Below are positions 55,837-63,654 of a stretch of 64,000 nt of DNA, piece by piece (the stretch's first letter is position 1; each line of letters starts with the position of its first letter). The notes beneath the pieces were generated by a model. The model was not told the origin of the DNA. It worked only from the letters and a program-made list of their open reading frames with translations, and ran no database searches. Position numbers and translations under genes: made by a program. The DNA lies in the sequence record NC_061443.1, one strand, 5' to 3'.

Positions 55837-56810
55837 TACTCTGCGCCGCTGATCTCTTTCAGGCTATTCTTGATCGCTTTACGCAGCGTCTTACCAACGT
55901 CAATGCCGTCGATATGTTTTGCGAATACGTTAGCGAACAAGGTGGTTGGGTTTTTCATAATCGCTTTATCGAGATCAGGGCGGCCTTCTGCAATCTGCAA
56001 CTCGCCTGGCCAGAGTTCTGCAACTGCCGCGCTATCGTTAGCAGCAATCAGTTCCAGTTCACGGACGGAGATAGAGTTTTGCCGAGCAATCGTACGGAAG
56101 ATTATGTCAACGAACGGAAGCATGTCCTCGCTAACAACGTTCTTCACGTCCTTAGCATCGCCCGCACGTTGGAAATCTTCGAGCAGACCTTCGAGGTGTG
56201 TCTGCGTGATCTTCTGGACGTTGCGCAGTTTCTTGAACAGCATCATCCAGCGGACCTTACGCTTGGAACTCAACAGGTGAGTCCAGACAGATTCACCGAG
56301 TGCGATCATCAGACGATTGTACACGTCAACGCTCAACACATCACGATCAACGAAGACAGTCATCTCGTCATGCCATTCGTCCTTACGGAACTTAGAACGG
56401 AACGCATGAGTCTTCGAACCTGACTGCTGGACGAAGTTGATTTGTTTGCAGCGGCGAACAGCTTCTGCCAGATGATATTTCTCAATCACCTTCGGAAGTT
56501 TCTTAACGCCCATGCGACATGCTTTCGCTACTTCGGCCTCACGACCGAAAAGAGACAGACGAGGCAGTCCACCGTAGACAGGCATTGAAGCGTACGGTCT
56601 TACGGTTACACCACACACTGACATACCCGGTTCTGGATCAGGACCCAGAATGCAAAGTACGTCGCCCGCTTTAGGACTGAACTTGATTGTCTCAGGGTCT
56701 GGCGTACCCATCGTGTTAGCCAACAGACCAACAGTGTTACCTGTAGCCAGTACCAAATGGTTTTTGTTACCCTGCCTTACGACAAGGTAATCTTTTTCAC
56801 TGTGTTTCAT
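55836..56810 (-). CDS. Hypothetical protein, possibly a degenerate zincin-fold
   Basis: LMIALGESVWTHLL and NPTTLFANVFA sit where HE.GH and E.FAE.F occur in anthrax-LF/MPTase-like domains, but the ligands are missing. Confidence 0.5.
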   Translation of the reverse strand: MKHSEKDYLVVRQGNKNHLVLATGNTVGLLANTMGTPDPETIKFSPKAGDVLCILGPDPEPGMSVCGVTVRPYASMPVYGGLPRLSLFGREAEVAKACRMGVKKLPKVIEKYHLAEAVRRCKQINFVQQSGSKTHAFRSKFRKDEWHDEMTVFVDRDVLSVDVYNRLMIALGESVWTHLLSSKRKVRWMMLFKKLRNVQKITQTHLEGLLEDFQRAGDAKDVKNVVSEDMLPFVDIIFRTIARQNSISVRELELIAANDSAAVAELWPGELQIAEGRPDLDKAIMKNPTTLFANVFAKHIDGIDVGKTLRKAIKNSLKEISGAE

Positions 56811-56818
56811 AACGACCT

Positions 56819-57355
56819 TTACTGTGAAATTTGATCAACGATATCCAGCGTATGAACTTCGGCAGTGTAGCCTTGACGGAAGATGCGACCTTCCGTACGT
56901 GCCGCTGTCTGTTCATAGGATGCAGGAGACCACGACATTGCAACTTCGACCGAGATAAGAGCTTGCTCGTCCCACATGTCACCGTCTTCAAGATAGTCGG
57001 CAATCATGCTGAGAGCAGCAGGGCGATCGAGGCCCAGATGCGCAAGCTCGGCGATAATGAGTTTCGGCGCGGTGCCGTCTTTCATTTCGTCAAGTTCGTA
57101 TTGAAGATCGGAAAGCGAATTAACTTGATGGCAATCAGCACCGGTCAAGCCTTCGTATTCGTCTTGTCCGAAATAAGCAATTGCAAAGTCAGGAATATCA
57201 AGTTGACTGGAAAAGAAATGAGGAGCGTCCACCAGAATAGAAGGTGCAGCGCTCACTTGGAGAAAACTCATGTAAGGTCGTTGCACCTCATGAGCTTCTA
57301 CCGAACAGGACTTCCCAGCAAGGTCTTGCATTATGCTGTGTGCGAGATTATTCAT
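56819..57355 (-). CDS. Acidic hypothetical protein
   Basis: 178 aa ORF in operon. Confidence 0.6.
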   Translation of the reverse strand: MNNLAHSIMQDLAGKSCSVEAHEVQRPYMSFLQVSAAPSILVDAPHFFSSQLDIPDFAIAYFGQDEYEGLTGADCHQVNSLSDLQYELDEMKDGTAPKLIIAELAHLGLDRPAALSMIADYLEDGDMWDEQALISVEVAMSWSPASYEQTAARTEGRIFRQGYTAEVHTLDIVDQISQ

Positions 57356-57362
57356 TGTAACC

Positions 57363-57566
57363 TCATTTCTCAGGAGTAGGGGTAAAAGGGCTGTGGACGT
57401 ACGGGCTTAACTTATCCACGTACAGGAATCGAGATGTAAGCTGACGATACGACTGGCTTGGCTCAGGTTTGGCTTCGACACGTTGCGCATCAGATTCGTC
57501 AAAGATACCTCGACGATGGAACTTAAAATCAGGGTGTACTGAAATATCTTTGACGATTGCTGTCAT
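57363..57566 (-). CDS. Small hypothetical protein
   Basis: AAGGAA RBS; near-consensus CTGTAAAC at 57596-57603. Confidence 0.55.
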   Translation of the reverse strand: MTAIVKDISVHPDFKFHRRGIFDESDAQRVEAKPEPSQSYRQLTSRFLYVDKLSPYVHSPFTPTPEK

Positions 57567-57605
57567 ACGTTATTCCTTACATGTGATTGCTCTAAGTTTA
57601 CAGAA

Positions 57606-58130
57606 TCAATCAGTCTTACCGAGAATGCGCTCCAGCTCATACGCGAGATAGTCATCCCAAGTAGGGAAACCATCTTTCGCCAGAAGCGGATCATGTTGCC
57701 TATCAGCTTTCGACCCTTTAGGAAATCGAATCCTGTTGGACAGACGTTGCAGTCGGTCATACATGAAGCGAGCGTGTTTGACGATTTGATTCTTCTCAGG
57801 CAAATGTTTTTGCAGCAACTTATAACTGAACGTCAGCGGGAAGTCACGTTCGGTCACAACATTATCTTTCATCTTGCTGATAAGGTTCAGGTACTGATCA
57901 ACGCTTTGGTGTTTTTCTGGATGTGCATAGTACCAATCATCCAGAGAGTCCAAGCCATGAAGTTCTTCATAGACCATAGCCTCATACATCACCATTAAGA
58001 TCGGCTTCGTGATCTTTTTGCTTTTGTAGTTGGCAAAAAGATCAGAGCAACTGCCAAACTTAGACTGCATGATCAATTCCAAGATTGTGGCGTAACGTAC
58101 AGCTTCGTATTCGGTAAGTACCTTACTCAT
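57606..58130 (-). CDS. Hypothetical protein
   Basis: 174 aa directly downstream of the PolA-like gene; GGAG RBS. Confidence 0.6.
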   Translation of the reverse strand: MSKVLTEYEAVRYATILELIMQSKFGSCSDLFANYKSKKITKPILMVMYEAMVYEELHGLDSLDDWYYAHPEKHQSVDQYLNLISKMKDNVVTERDFPLTFSYKLLQKHLPEKNQIVKHARFMYDRLQRLSNRIRFPKGSKADRQHDPLLAKDGFPTWDDYLAYELERILGKTD

Positions 58131-58133
58131 ACT

Positions 58134-59750
58134 TCACTCCGAGAATATCTTTTTATCGTAGAACTTCTTGCACACAAACTCTGCATTTGGGCTAGATATA
58201 CTTTCACCCTCCATGCAAAGTAAAGCCCCGTCGTGCTCAAGAGAATACACACCCTTGACATTCGGACAATTAAGAATTGCATCAAACAGGAACATACTCT
58301 CCCAGCCTGATAGCATATGGTTGAGTACGCGCTTCTTAATCTTCTTGTCAGTTTCATCAGGATCTGGATCATAGACAGACCCCGTTGCGCATTGCAACAC
58401 ACCATACTCCGGTCGATGCGCATTTTTATTTTTACGGAACTTAGCCCGGTACACAGCCAAGAGGTCAGTGATTGCTAGCCAGAGCGGTGTCACCCTCGTG
58501 TTCCAGTCAATCAATTCATCTTTTACTTTATACTTGGGCATGAAGCGTGTCAGTTCCTTGAAGACGTTGCTGTAGGACGTCACCTCCAACTGACCTGCCG
58601 AGAATATAGTGGCGTACAGGCATACCTTAGCCGCCCGCTTATCGAGTCCGAGTATTCGCGCAATATCTTCCACCGAGCTAACGGTATCAAACATCGCACA
58701 CTCAATCCCATTAGCCTCGAACTCCTTTCGCAACACGTTGAACTGGCTGGACTTCATATCCCAGTTAGTCCCTATCGTGTAGCAATCCTCTTTAAGACTC
58801 GAGGGTAAGTTCTGGAACCCACCACCAACCTCAAACAGACGTCCACCAATTTGCGACAGCTTGTACTTAGGCCAATAGCGCACTACGAGAGGAGACTCAC
58901 TCACAATCTGAACAGGCCCTGACACAATCGTATCGAGTAACGTCTTCACCTGCAGGTACTGCTTTCGCGCCTTGTGATTAGCGATTAACGATCTATCTTC
59001 CAAATAAGCAAGTATAGGATCGAGATTCACTTCATTCGGCAGGAGCTTATCTAAAACTGCTCGGTATAACGCACGGCCTTTAAGCTCCTTACCGTTACCT
59101 CTGTCACGATTACGGTCCAATGAAGACAGGTCATGTACGGGGCGTTTGAAAGGTAGCTTAGAGTTTTTCTGAATCTGCGACCACACCGTTACCCCATAAT
59201 CTTCTCTAAGAATCTTGAGAGGACTATAGAATCGGATGCGATGCAGAATATCATAATGCGATTGAGGCTTGAAGTGGCCGTACATGCCATCTAAGACTTC
59301 AGGACGCATCCTAAACTCGCGGCAAAGCCCCTTAGCCTTGTTATAGTTCTTCGTTTCGAAAATATTGGCTCTCAACCAGTCCAATGACCTGTCGAAAGTC
59401 CCCTTTTTGGACTTAGCGTATTTGCCTACCGCTATATTGTCCCCGCCACGTCGATGCCCGAATACCATCGGTAGCTTTTCTTGACCTAAAGAACGTGGGA
59501 ACGGGACCCAGACCCGCCCAAACTTCTTCTTTTTATGTTTACGAGCAGGATATAGGCTGCATTGAAGAATGTGCCAGAAGAAAAGGTTCAATTGAGCACG
59601 AAACTCACGCTCTCCGCTTTCAGGCCCCGTGTACGGGCAAGCGTTTATCACGTTGTCTCGCACCCATAAAACGACTTCTTTCTCCTGGTAAGAGGGGCTC
59701 GTTATCAAAACTGGCCCGTTGCCGGAAACGATTCGTTTTTTCATGTTCAC
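58134..59750 (-). CDS. Divergent family-A-polymerase-fold protein lacking an exonuclease domain
   Basis: GGRLF...FQNLP..LK (cf. TGRLSS..PNLQNIP), motif A WDMKSSQF, motif B KRAAKVCLYATIFS, NHMLSGWES (cf. N..iQgsaAD), motif C LEHDG. Confidence 0.6.
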   Translation of the reverse strand: MNMKKRIVSGNGPVLITSPSYQEKEVVLWVRDNVINACPYTGPESGEREFRAQLNLFFWHILQCSLYPARKHKKKKFGRVWVPFPRSLGQEKLPMVFGHRRGGDNIAVGKYAKSKKGTFDRSLDWLRANIFETKNYNKAKGLCREFRMRPEVLDGMYGHFKPQSHYDILHRIRFYSPLKILREDYGVTVWSQIQKNSKLPFKRPVHDLSSLDRNRDRGNGKELKGRALYRAVLDKLLPNEVNLDPILAYLEDRSLIANHKARKQYLQVKTLLDTIVSGPVQIVSESPLVVRYWPKYKLSQIGGRLFEVGGGFQNLPSSLKEDCYTIGTNWDMKSSQFNVLRKEFEANGIECAMFDTVSSVEDIARILGLDKRAAKVCLYATIFSAGQLEVTSYSNVFKELTRFMPKYKVKDELIDWNTRVTPLWLAITDLLAVYRAKFRKNKNAHRPEYGVLQCATGSVYDPDPDETDKKIKKRVLNHMLSGWESMFLFDAILNCPNVKGVYSLEHDGALLCMEGESISSPNAEFVCKKFYDKKIFSE

Positions 59751-59810
59751 ATCATGATTACCTGATTTTTTCTATCGTTTCTTTACAGATAAAGACTCAG
59801 CCCCTCCGAA

Positions 59811-59877
59811 AGCTACAGCTACAGCTACAAGCTAGGAAGGAGGTAGTACAGATAGCTGGCTAGGCATGGCATGGCAC
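59811..59877. repeat. Short tandem repeats: (AGCTAC)3 plus AGCTA, and GGCAT-GGCAT-GGCAC
   Basis: agctacagctacagctacaagcta at 59811-59834; ggcatggcatggcac at 59863-59877. Confidence 0.8.
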
Positions 59878-60028
59878 GCTTGAAACATACAAGCACATGT
59901 ACATCTTTAGGCGGCACGTTTCAGAGACATGCAAAATGAAAGAACCATACTCCTACTAACCCACAGCAGGGCGTATGTGGCCCATAGGTGCAGATCTAGC
60001 AGAAAACCCTAGGTCGTCTAAACCGTGT

Positions 60029-60150
60029 AAATTTTCCGTCAAAAACAGTCCGTTTTTTAACCAAACGCCTGTTTTGACTCTGAAAATGCGGGAAAATCCG
60101 AGAAAAATCAAGGACTTTCCCGTTTTGAAACGAAAAATCAGATCATTTTT
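60029..60150. other. Helically phased A/T tracts (intrinsically curved DNA; candidate ori or pac site)
   Basis: A3-6/T3-6 tracts start near 60029, 41, 53, 63, 72, 83, 93, 103, 116, 123, 133, 146 (about 10-10.5 bp period). Confidence 0.65.
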
Positions 60151-60796
60151 TCTGCGAAACGCGCTTCCCGAGCTTAACTCCGATTTGAGTCAGGATGCGT
60201 TTCACTGTATCGCCGTCATGTTCTTCCATTGCAGCGCCCAAACGCTCGCCCTGTTCACGCGATAGCTCAGGCATAATCATTTTAAGCATCTGCGAACGCT
60301 GTTTCGCTGCTTTAGACTTGCCTTTCGAGACAGACACGCCCTCATTCGCTGCTAACGCACTGCTAATCGCCTTTTGCACACGACGATTGCCGAAGATATC
60401 TCCGAATATGTCACCGAACAGGTCTTTGAACGACATACCGCCGCTCATGATATCGTTCTTAGTGAAACGCACAGGCTGTCCGAGCGCGTTTGTGCTATGG
60501 GTCGATTCGACCTGATTCGTTGTACGCCCACCAGCACGGAAGTTCTCGTCAGGACGGGAGGCTTTACCCTCTGCACCCGGCTTAGTGTTACCGTTGCGCA
60601 AATCAGGGTCACCTTCAACAGCCTTATTCGGATCGAACATATCGTCCGCTGTTTCGCTCTGGTTAGGGTCGAAGGGAATCTTGCCTGTCAGCTTATTCGG
60701 GTCCGGCCAGCTATCAGGAATGTCAGACGCTGGTTGTGGCTTGTTTGTCATATCGCCATTTGCTTCGCTGCTCAGGCTGATCTTAATGCGAGTCAT
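60143..60796 (-). CDS. Hypothetical protein with ISLSS tag, disordered Pro/Asp-rich N-half
   Basis: MTRIKISLSSEAN; second AISSA site; AGGAG RBS. Confidence 0.65.
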   Translation of the reverse strand: MTRIKISLSSEANGDMTNKPQPASDIPDSWPDPNKLTGKIPFDPNQSETADDMFDPNKAVEGDPDLRNGNTKPGAEGKASRPDENFRAGGRTTNQVESTHSTNALGQPVRFTKNDIMSGGMSFKDLFGDIFGDIFGNRRVQKAISSALAANEGVSVSKGKSKAAKQRSQMLKMIMPELSREQGERLGAAMEEHDGDTVKRILTQIGVKLGKRVSQKK

Positions 60797-60804
60797 GTTT
60801 GCTC

Positions 60805-61911
60805 CTATCGGATTTTATTGCCTTTGAATATGTTGTACGCAATCTCTTTGCGCTGAACAGGACGTGTGGTGCACACCCATTCCCATTGTTCGTTCTTCGC
60901 TGTGCGTTTCTTAGGTGCTTCCATAACTTTCAGCACATAGTTTTTGAACGGTAGGACGAGAATGTCCTCAGGCTCAATCGCACCGCTACGCGCAGGCAGG
61001 ACTACCGTGATGTTACCGACAGTCAGTTCCTGATCGTAGTTCAACACGTTCGCTTCTTCGCTGATGTTGCCCTTGACGGCGCTAACACCTAAATCGAAGA
61101 TCATAGTAGCGTGAGTGAATGCTTCAATGCCTTTGATGCGCACCGTCACATGCTTACCTCGCCACGGCTCCAGATTCGCAGCAGTCAGTTCCTGCTCTAC
61201 GCCGTTAACCACCAGCATAGGACGAGGGAAAGCAGGCAGCATTGTTTCATTCAGTCGCACCGAATATGTAGCCTGCGTAAAGTATTTTGGAATAAGCTGA
61301 TCGAAATCAACGTGTCCGTCTTTGCGTACCTGCCTGAATGTCGCAGGGCTGGTGGACTGATCGAGTGTGTATGCCGTCAACACTTTCGCATGGTGATGCG
61401 TCATAACGTTATACACAAAGCCTGTGCTGATAAATCCAGGCACAACACCCTGACGGAAGCAGATGCCGCAGTTCGCAACGTTACCTGCATCCCATCCGTT
61501 CGACACTTCTTCGTCGCCGTTACCCATCAGGTCAGCGGCGTCCATTACTGCGTTCATGCCATCGTCGATATCATCGAGAGATACTACTTGGCGCCCACCG
61601 CCAAACATACCTTTTGATACCGTACCAAGCTTAACGCCTGAGTCCATAACAGACGATTCACGACCGAGAGACTTCATGCCGCCTGTCTGCTCGTCGAAGA
61701 TATCGTTGTCAACCTTGTTGCAACTACAGGTCAGACCCATCTTCGCTTTCTTGAAGATGATTACGTCAGTGGCATCGACCTGTAACGCCTGTTCTACCTT
61801 GGACTGCACAACCTTCTGAACCGAGTCGAGGCGCTGTTGGACGCGATCCGTTTCGTAGGTCTTATGGCGGTCGTAGGTATTTCGCGGTCGTCCGCGCTCA
61901 ATCCAGCTCAT
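60805..61911 (-). CDS. Putative head-closure/neck (head-tail joining) protein with zinc-binding insertion
   Basis: V.IFKK...G.TCSC ... C.ICFRQGVVPGF pattern and C-terminal GD..VL.....Y.V beta-barrel, as in large-myovirus head completion proteins; CTAATTT upstream. Confidence 0.45.
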   Translation of the reverse strand: MSWIERGRPRNTYDRHKTYETDRVQQRLDSVQKVVQSKVEQALQVDATDVIIFKKAKMGLTCSCNKVDNDIFDEQTGGMKSLGRESSVMDSGVKLGTVSKGMFGGGRQVVSLDDIDDGMNAVMDAADLMGNGDEEVSNGWDAGNVANCGICFRQGVVPGFISTGFVYNVMTHHHAKVLTAYTLDQSTSPATFRQVRKDGHVDFDQLIPKYFTQATYSVRLNETMLPAFPRPMLVVNGVEQELTAANLEPWRGKHVTVRIKGIEAFTHATMIFDLGVSAVKGNISEEANVLNYDQELTVGNITVVLPARSGAIEPEDILVLPFKNYVLKVMEAPKKRTAKNEQWEWVCTTRPVQRKEIAYNIFKGNKIR

Positions 61912-61934
61912 AATCGTTCTCCTCTGTGTGGCTT

Positions 61935-61941
61935 AAATTAG
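61935..61941 (-). promoter_or_regulatory. CTAATTT motif
   Basis: In the divergent intergenic region before 61911. Confidence 0.6.
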
Positions 61942-62009
61942 TGTGGAGAATTTAGGACCTTCACCCTAGTAAATACTTATTTAGAGTACGTTAAAACACG
62001 GAGCCTTTT

Positions 62010-62558
62010 ATGCGTATTCTTTCAGGCGACCCGGGCAAGGTTAACTTCGCGTTGTCTGTTCAGGAGTTTAAGGACAAGCGCATTACCGTGCTGGGTACGC
62101 GGATGTTTCAACATCCTATCCAGAATCTGCATTATGACATGCGCCAGCCTACAAAAGAGTTTCTGGCGGAGCTTGAATTGATGTGGAAACTATACGGACC
62201 GTTCGACGCCATGTGCTTCGAGCGATTCCAGTCGCGTGGACTTGGCGGTAACACGATTGAAGCAATCAGTCTGATGCTGGGTGTTATCTCATTCTTCGCA
62301 CTGAAAAAGAAATGCCCGCTTGATTTGATTACGGCGAGCCAGTGGAAGAACGCATTCAACCGCACAATGGATCTCAAAGGTTATTACGCAGAACATAACC
62401 TGACGTCCAAAAAGAGTCGCAAAGCGATTCACGAATTTGACGCCAGCCTGATTGGCGTCTATACCTTTTACCGTCATTCAGGAATCAAACCGTTCGCTGG
62501 CTTCAATCGCATCATTGATGTATATGTGCCTAAATTCCTGGACGCACCTGTGTTGTGA
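62010..62558 (+). CDS. ruvC: RuvC-like Holliday junction resolvase
   Basis: ILSGDPG..NFA, CFERFQ, ITASQWK, H...DASLIG carry the RNase H-fold acidic residues. Confidence 0.8.
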   Translation: MRILSGDPGKVNFALSVQEFKDKRITVLGTRMFQHPIQNLHYDMRQPTKEFLAELELMWKLYGPFDAMCFERFQSRGLGGNTIEAISLMLGVISFFALKKKCPLDLITASQWKNAFNRTMDLKGYYAEHNLTSKKSRKAIHEFDASLIGVYTFYRHSGIKPFAGFNRIIDVYVPKFLDAPVL

Positions 62559-62564
62559 GGACAT

Positions 62565-62930
62565 ATGGAACAGCTTGACCTGTTACGAGTAGTAAATGAG
62601 ATCGTCAGTGAGTTCGGGCGCTCTCATTATCTGGCGCAAGGAAGTGTTGGTACAAACACAGAACACTATGCGACGTATGAAACTCTGATCTCAGTCATGG
62701 CCGATAGCACTGGCTCTTTCCATGAGGCAGATCTTCGTGCTAAGATTGCGGCGCAGATTGACGAGTATCGTGTTGTGGGATTCACTCGCACCTACAACGA
62801 GCAAGTCAAAGAGTTTGTGCTGAAACTGACCGACCCTGTGTTCACCTACCGCGACCCGCAGGAATGTCCTGCAAATGGTAAAGTTTTGTATTCTGTTTCC
62901 ATTGGTTTCCCATTCGTTGCCGCCAATTAA
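62565..62930 (+). CDS. Hypothetical protein
   Basis: GAGGA RBS; 121 aa. Confidence 0.65.
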   Translation: MEQLDLLRVVNEIVSEFGRSHYLAQGSVGTNTEHYATYETLISVMADSTGSFHEADLRAKIAAQIDEYRVVGFTRTYNEQVKEFVLKLTDPVFTYRDPQECPANGKVLYSVSIGFPFVAAN

Positions 62931-62931
62931 T

Positions 62932-62940
62932 CTGTAAATA
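62932..62940 (+). promoter_or_regulatory. CTGTAAATA motif on the plus strand, upstream of a plus-strand gene
   Basis: Orientation flips with gene orientation, which supports a directional promoter role. Confidence 0.7.
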
Positions 62941-62970
62941 TCCTTACTTGGTTAACGTGCGCGTGGGATA

Positions 62971-63654
62971 TTGAAAATGGCGAAGTTGAAGAAAGAACCA
63001 GCGGCGAAAGTCAAAAAGAAAAAGACTTTGGCTGTCAAAACAAATAAAGAAAAAACGATTCCTATTCGTGTTGTGCAGGACACACGACCGATCATCACTT
63101 GCCCTGAAATGGAAGATAAGCCTCAGCCGTTTCTGTTTCGTGGCCAATGTCCAATCGTCACCTGTCAGTATTGCACACGCGAGACACCGACAGGTTGCAT
63201 GGCGCTTGACCGTAAAGAGTCAGCGGATCGTTCAATCTCCAACAAGGAGATACTCCATTACAAGAAAGGTCTCTTCCCTGAACTTAAAGAGATGGATCAG
63301 AAGACGCTGGACAATACGATTCGACGCGCACAAAATCGTACCCGCAATGCTATCTGTCTTACTATGTTTATTGCCGGGATTGATGATTCTGATTGCGATC
63401 GGTCTTTTAAATATGTAGAGGGCCGCTCCAAACTCGTCGATCAGGTTCATAACTATCTGATTCAAACGTTCAACGATTACCGTCCGTGGATGCTTGCGTA
63501 CCTCGACGACGAAAAACGATTCAGCGACATGGTTGGCAAAATAACCAACTCTGACTTTAATTTAGTTAACGCATTACGTTTGACTCCTCGTAAGTATCAG
63601 ACGTTCTGCCAGTCGCTACAAAATCTTAAACAATCTGGAGACTCTCATGAGTAA
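62971..63654 (+). CDS. Hypothetical protein with Lys-rich N-terminus and Cys cluster (CPIVTCQYC...GC)
   Basis: CTGTAAATA at 62932-62940 upstream; likely start at 62977 (MAKLKK). Confidence 0.65.
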   Translation: MKMAKLKKEPAAKVKKKKTLAVKTNKEKTIPIRVVQDTRPIITCPEMEDKPQPFLFRGQCPIVTCQYCTRETPTGCMALDRKESADRSISNKEILHYKKGLFPELKEMDQKTLDNTIRRAQNRTRNAICLTMFIAGIDDSDCDRSFKYVEGRSKLVDQVHNYLIQTFNDYRPWMLAYLDDEKRFSDMVGKITNSDFNLVNALRLTPRKYQTFCQSLQNLKQSGDSHE

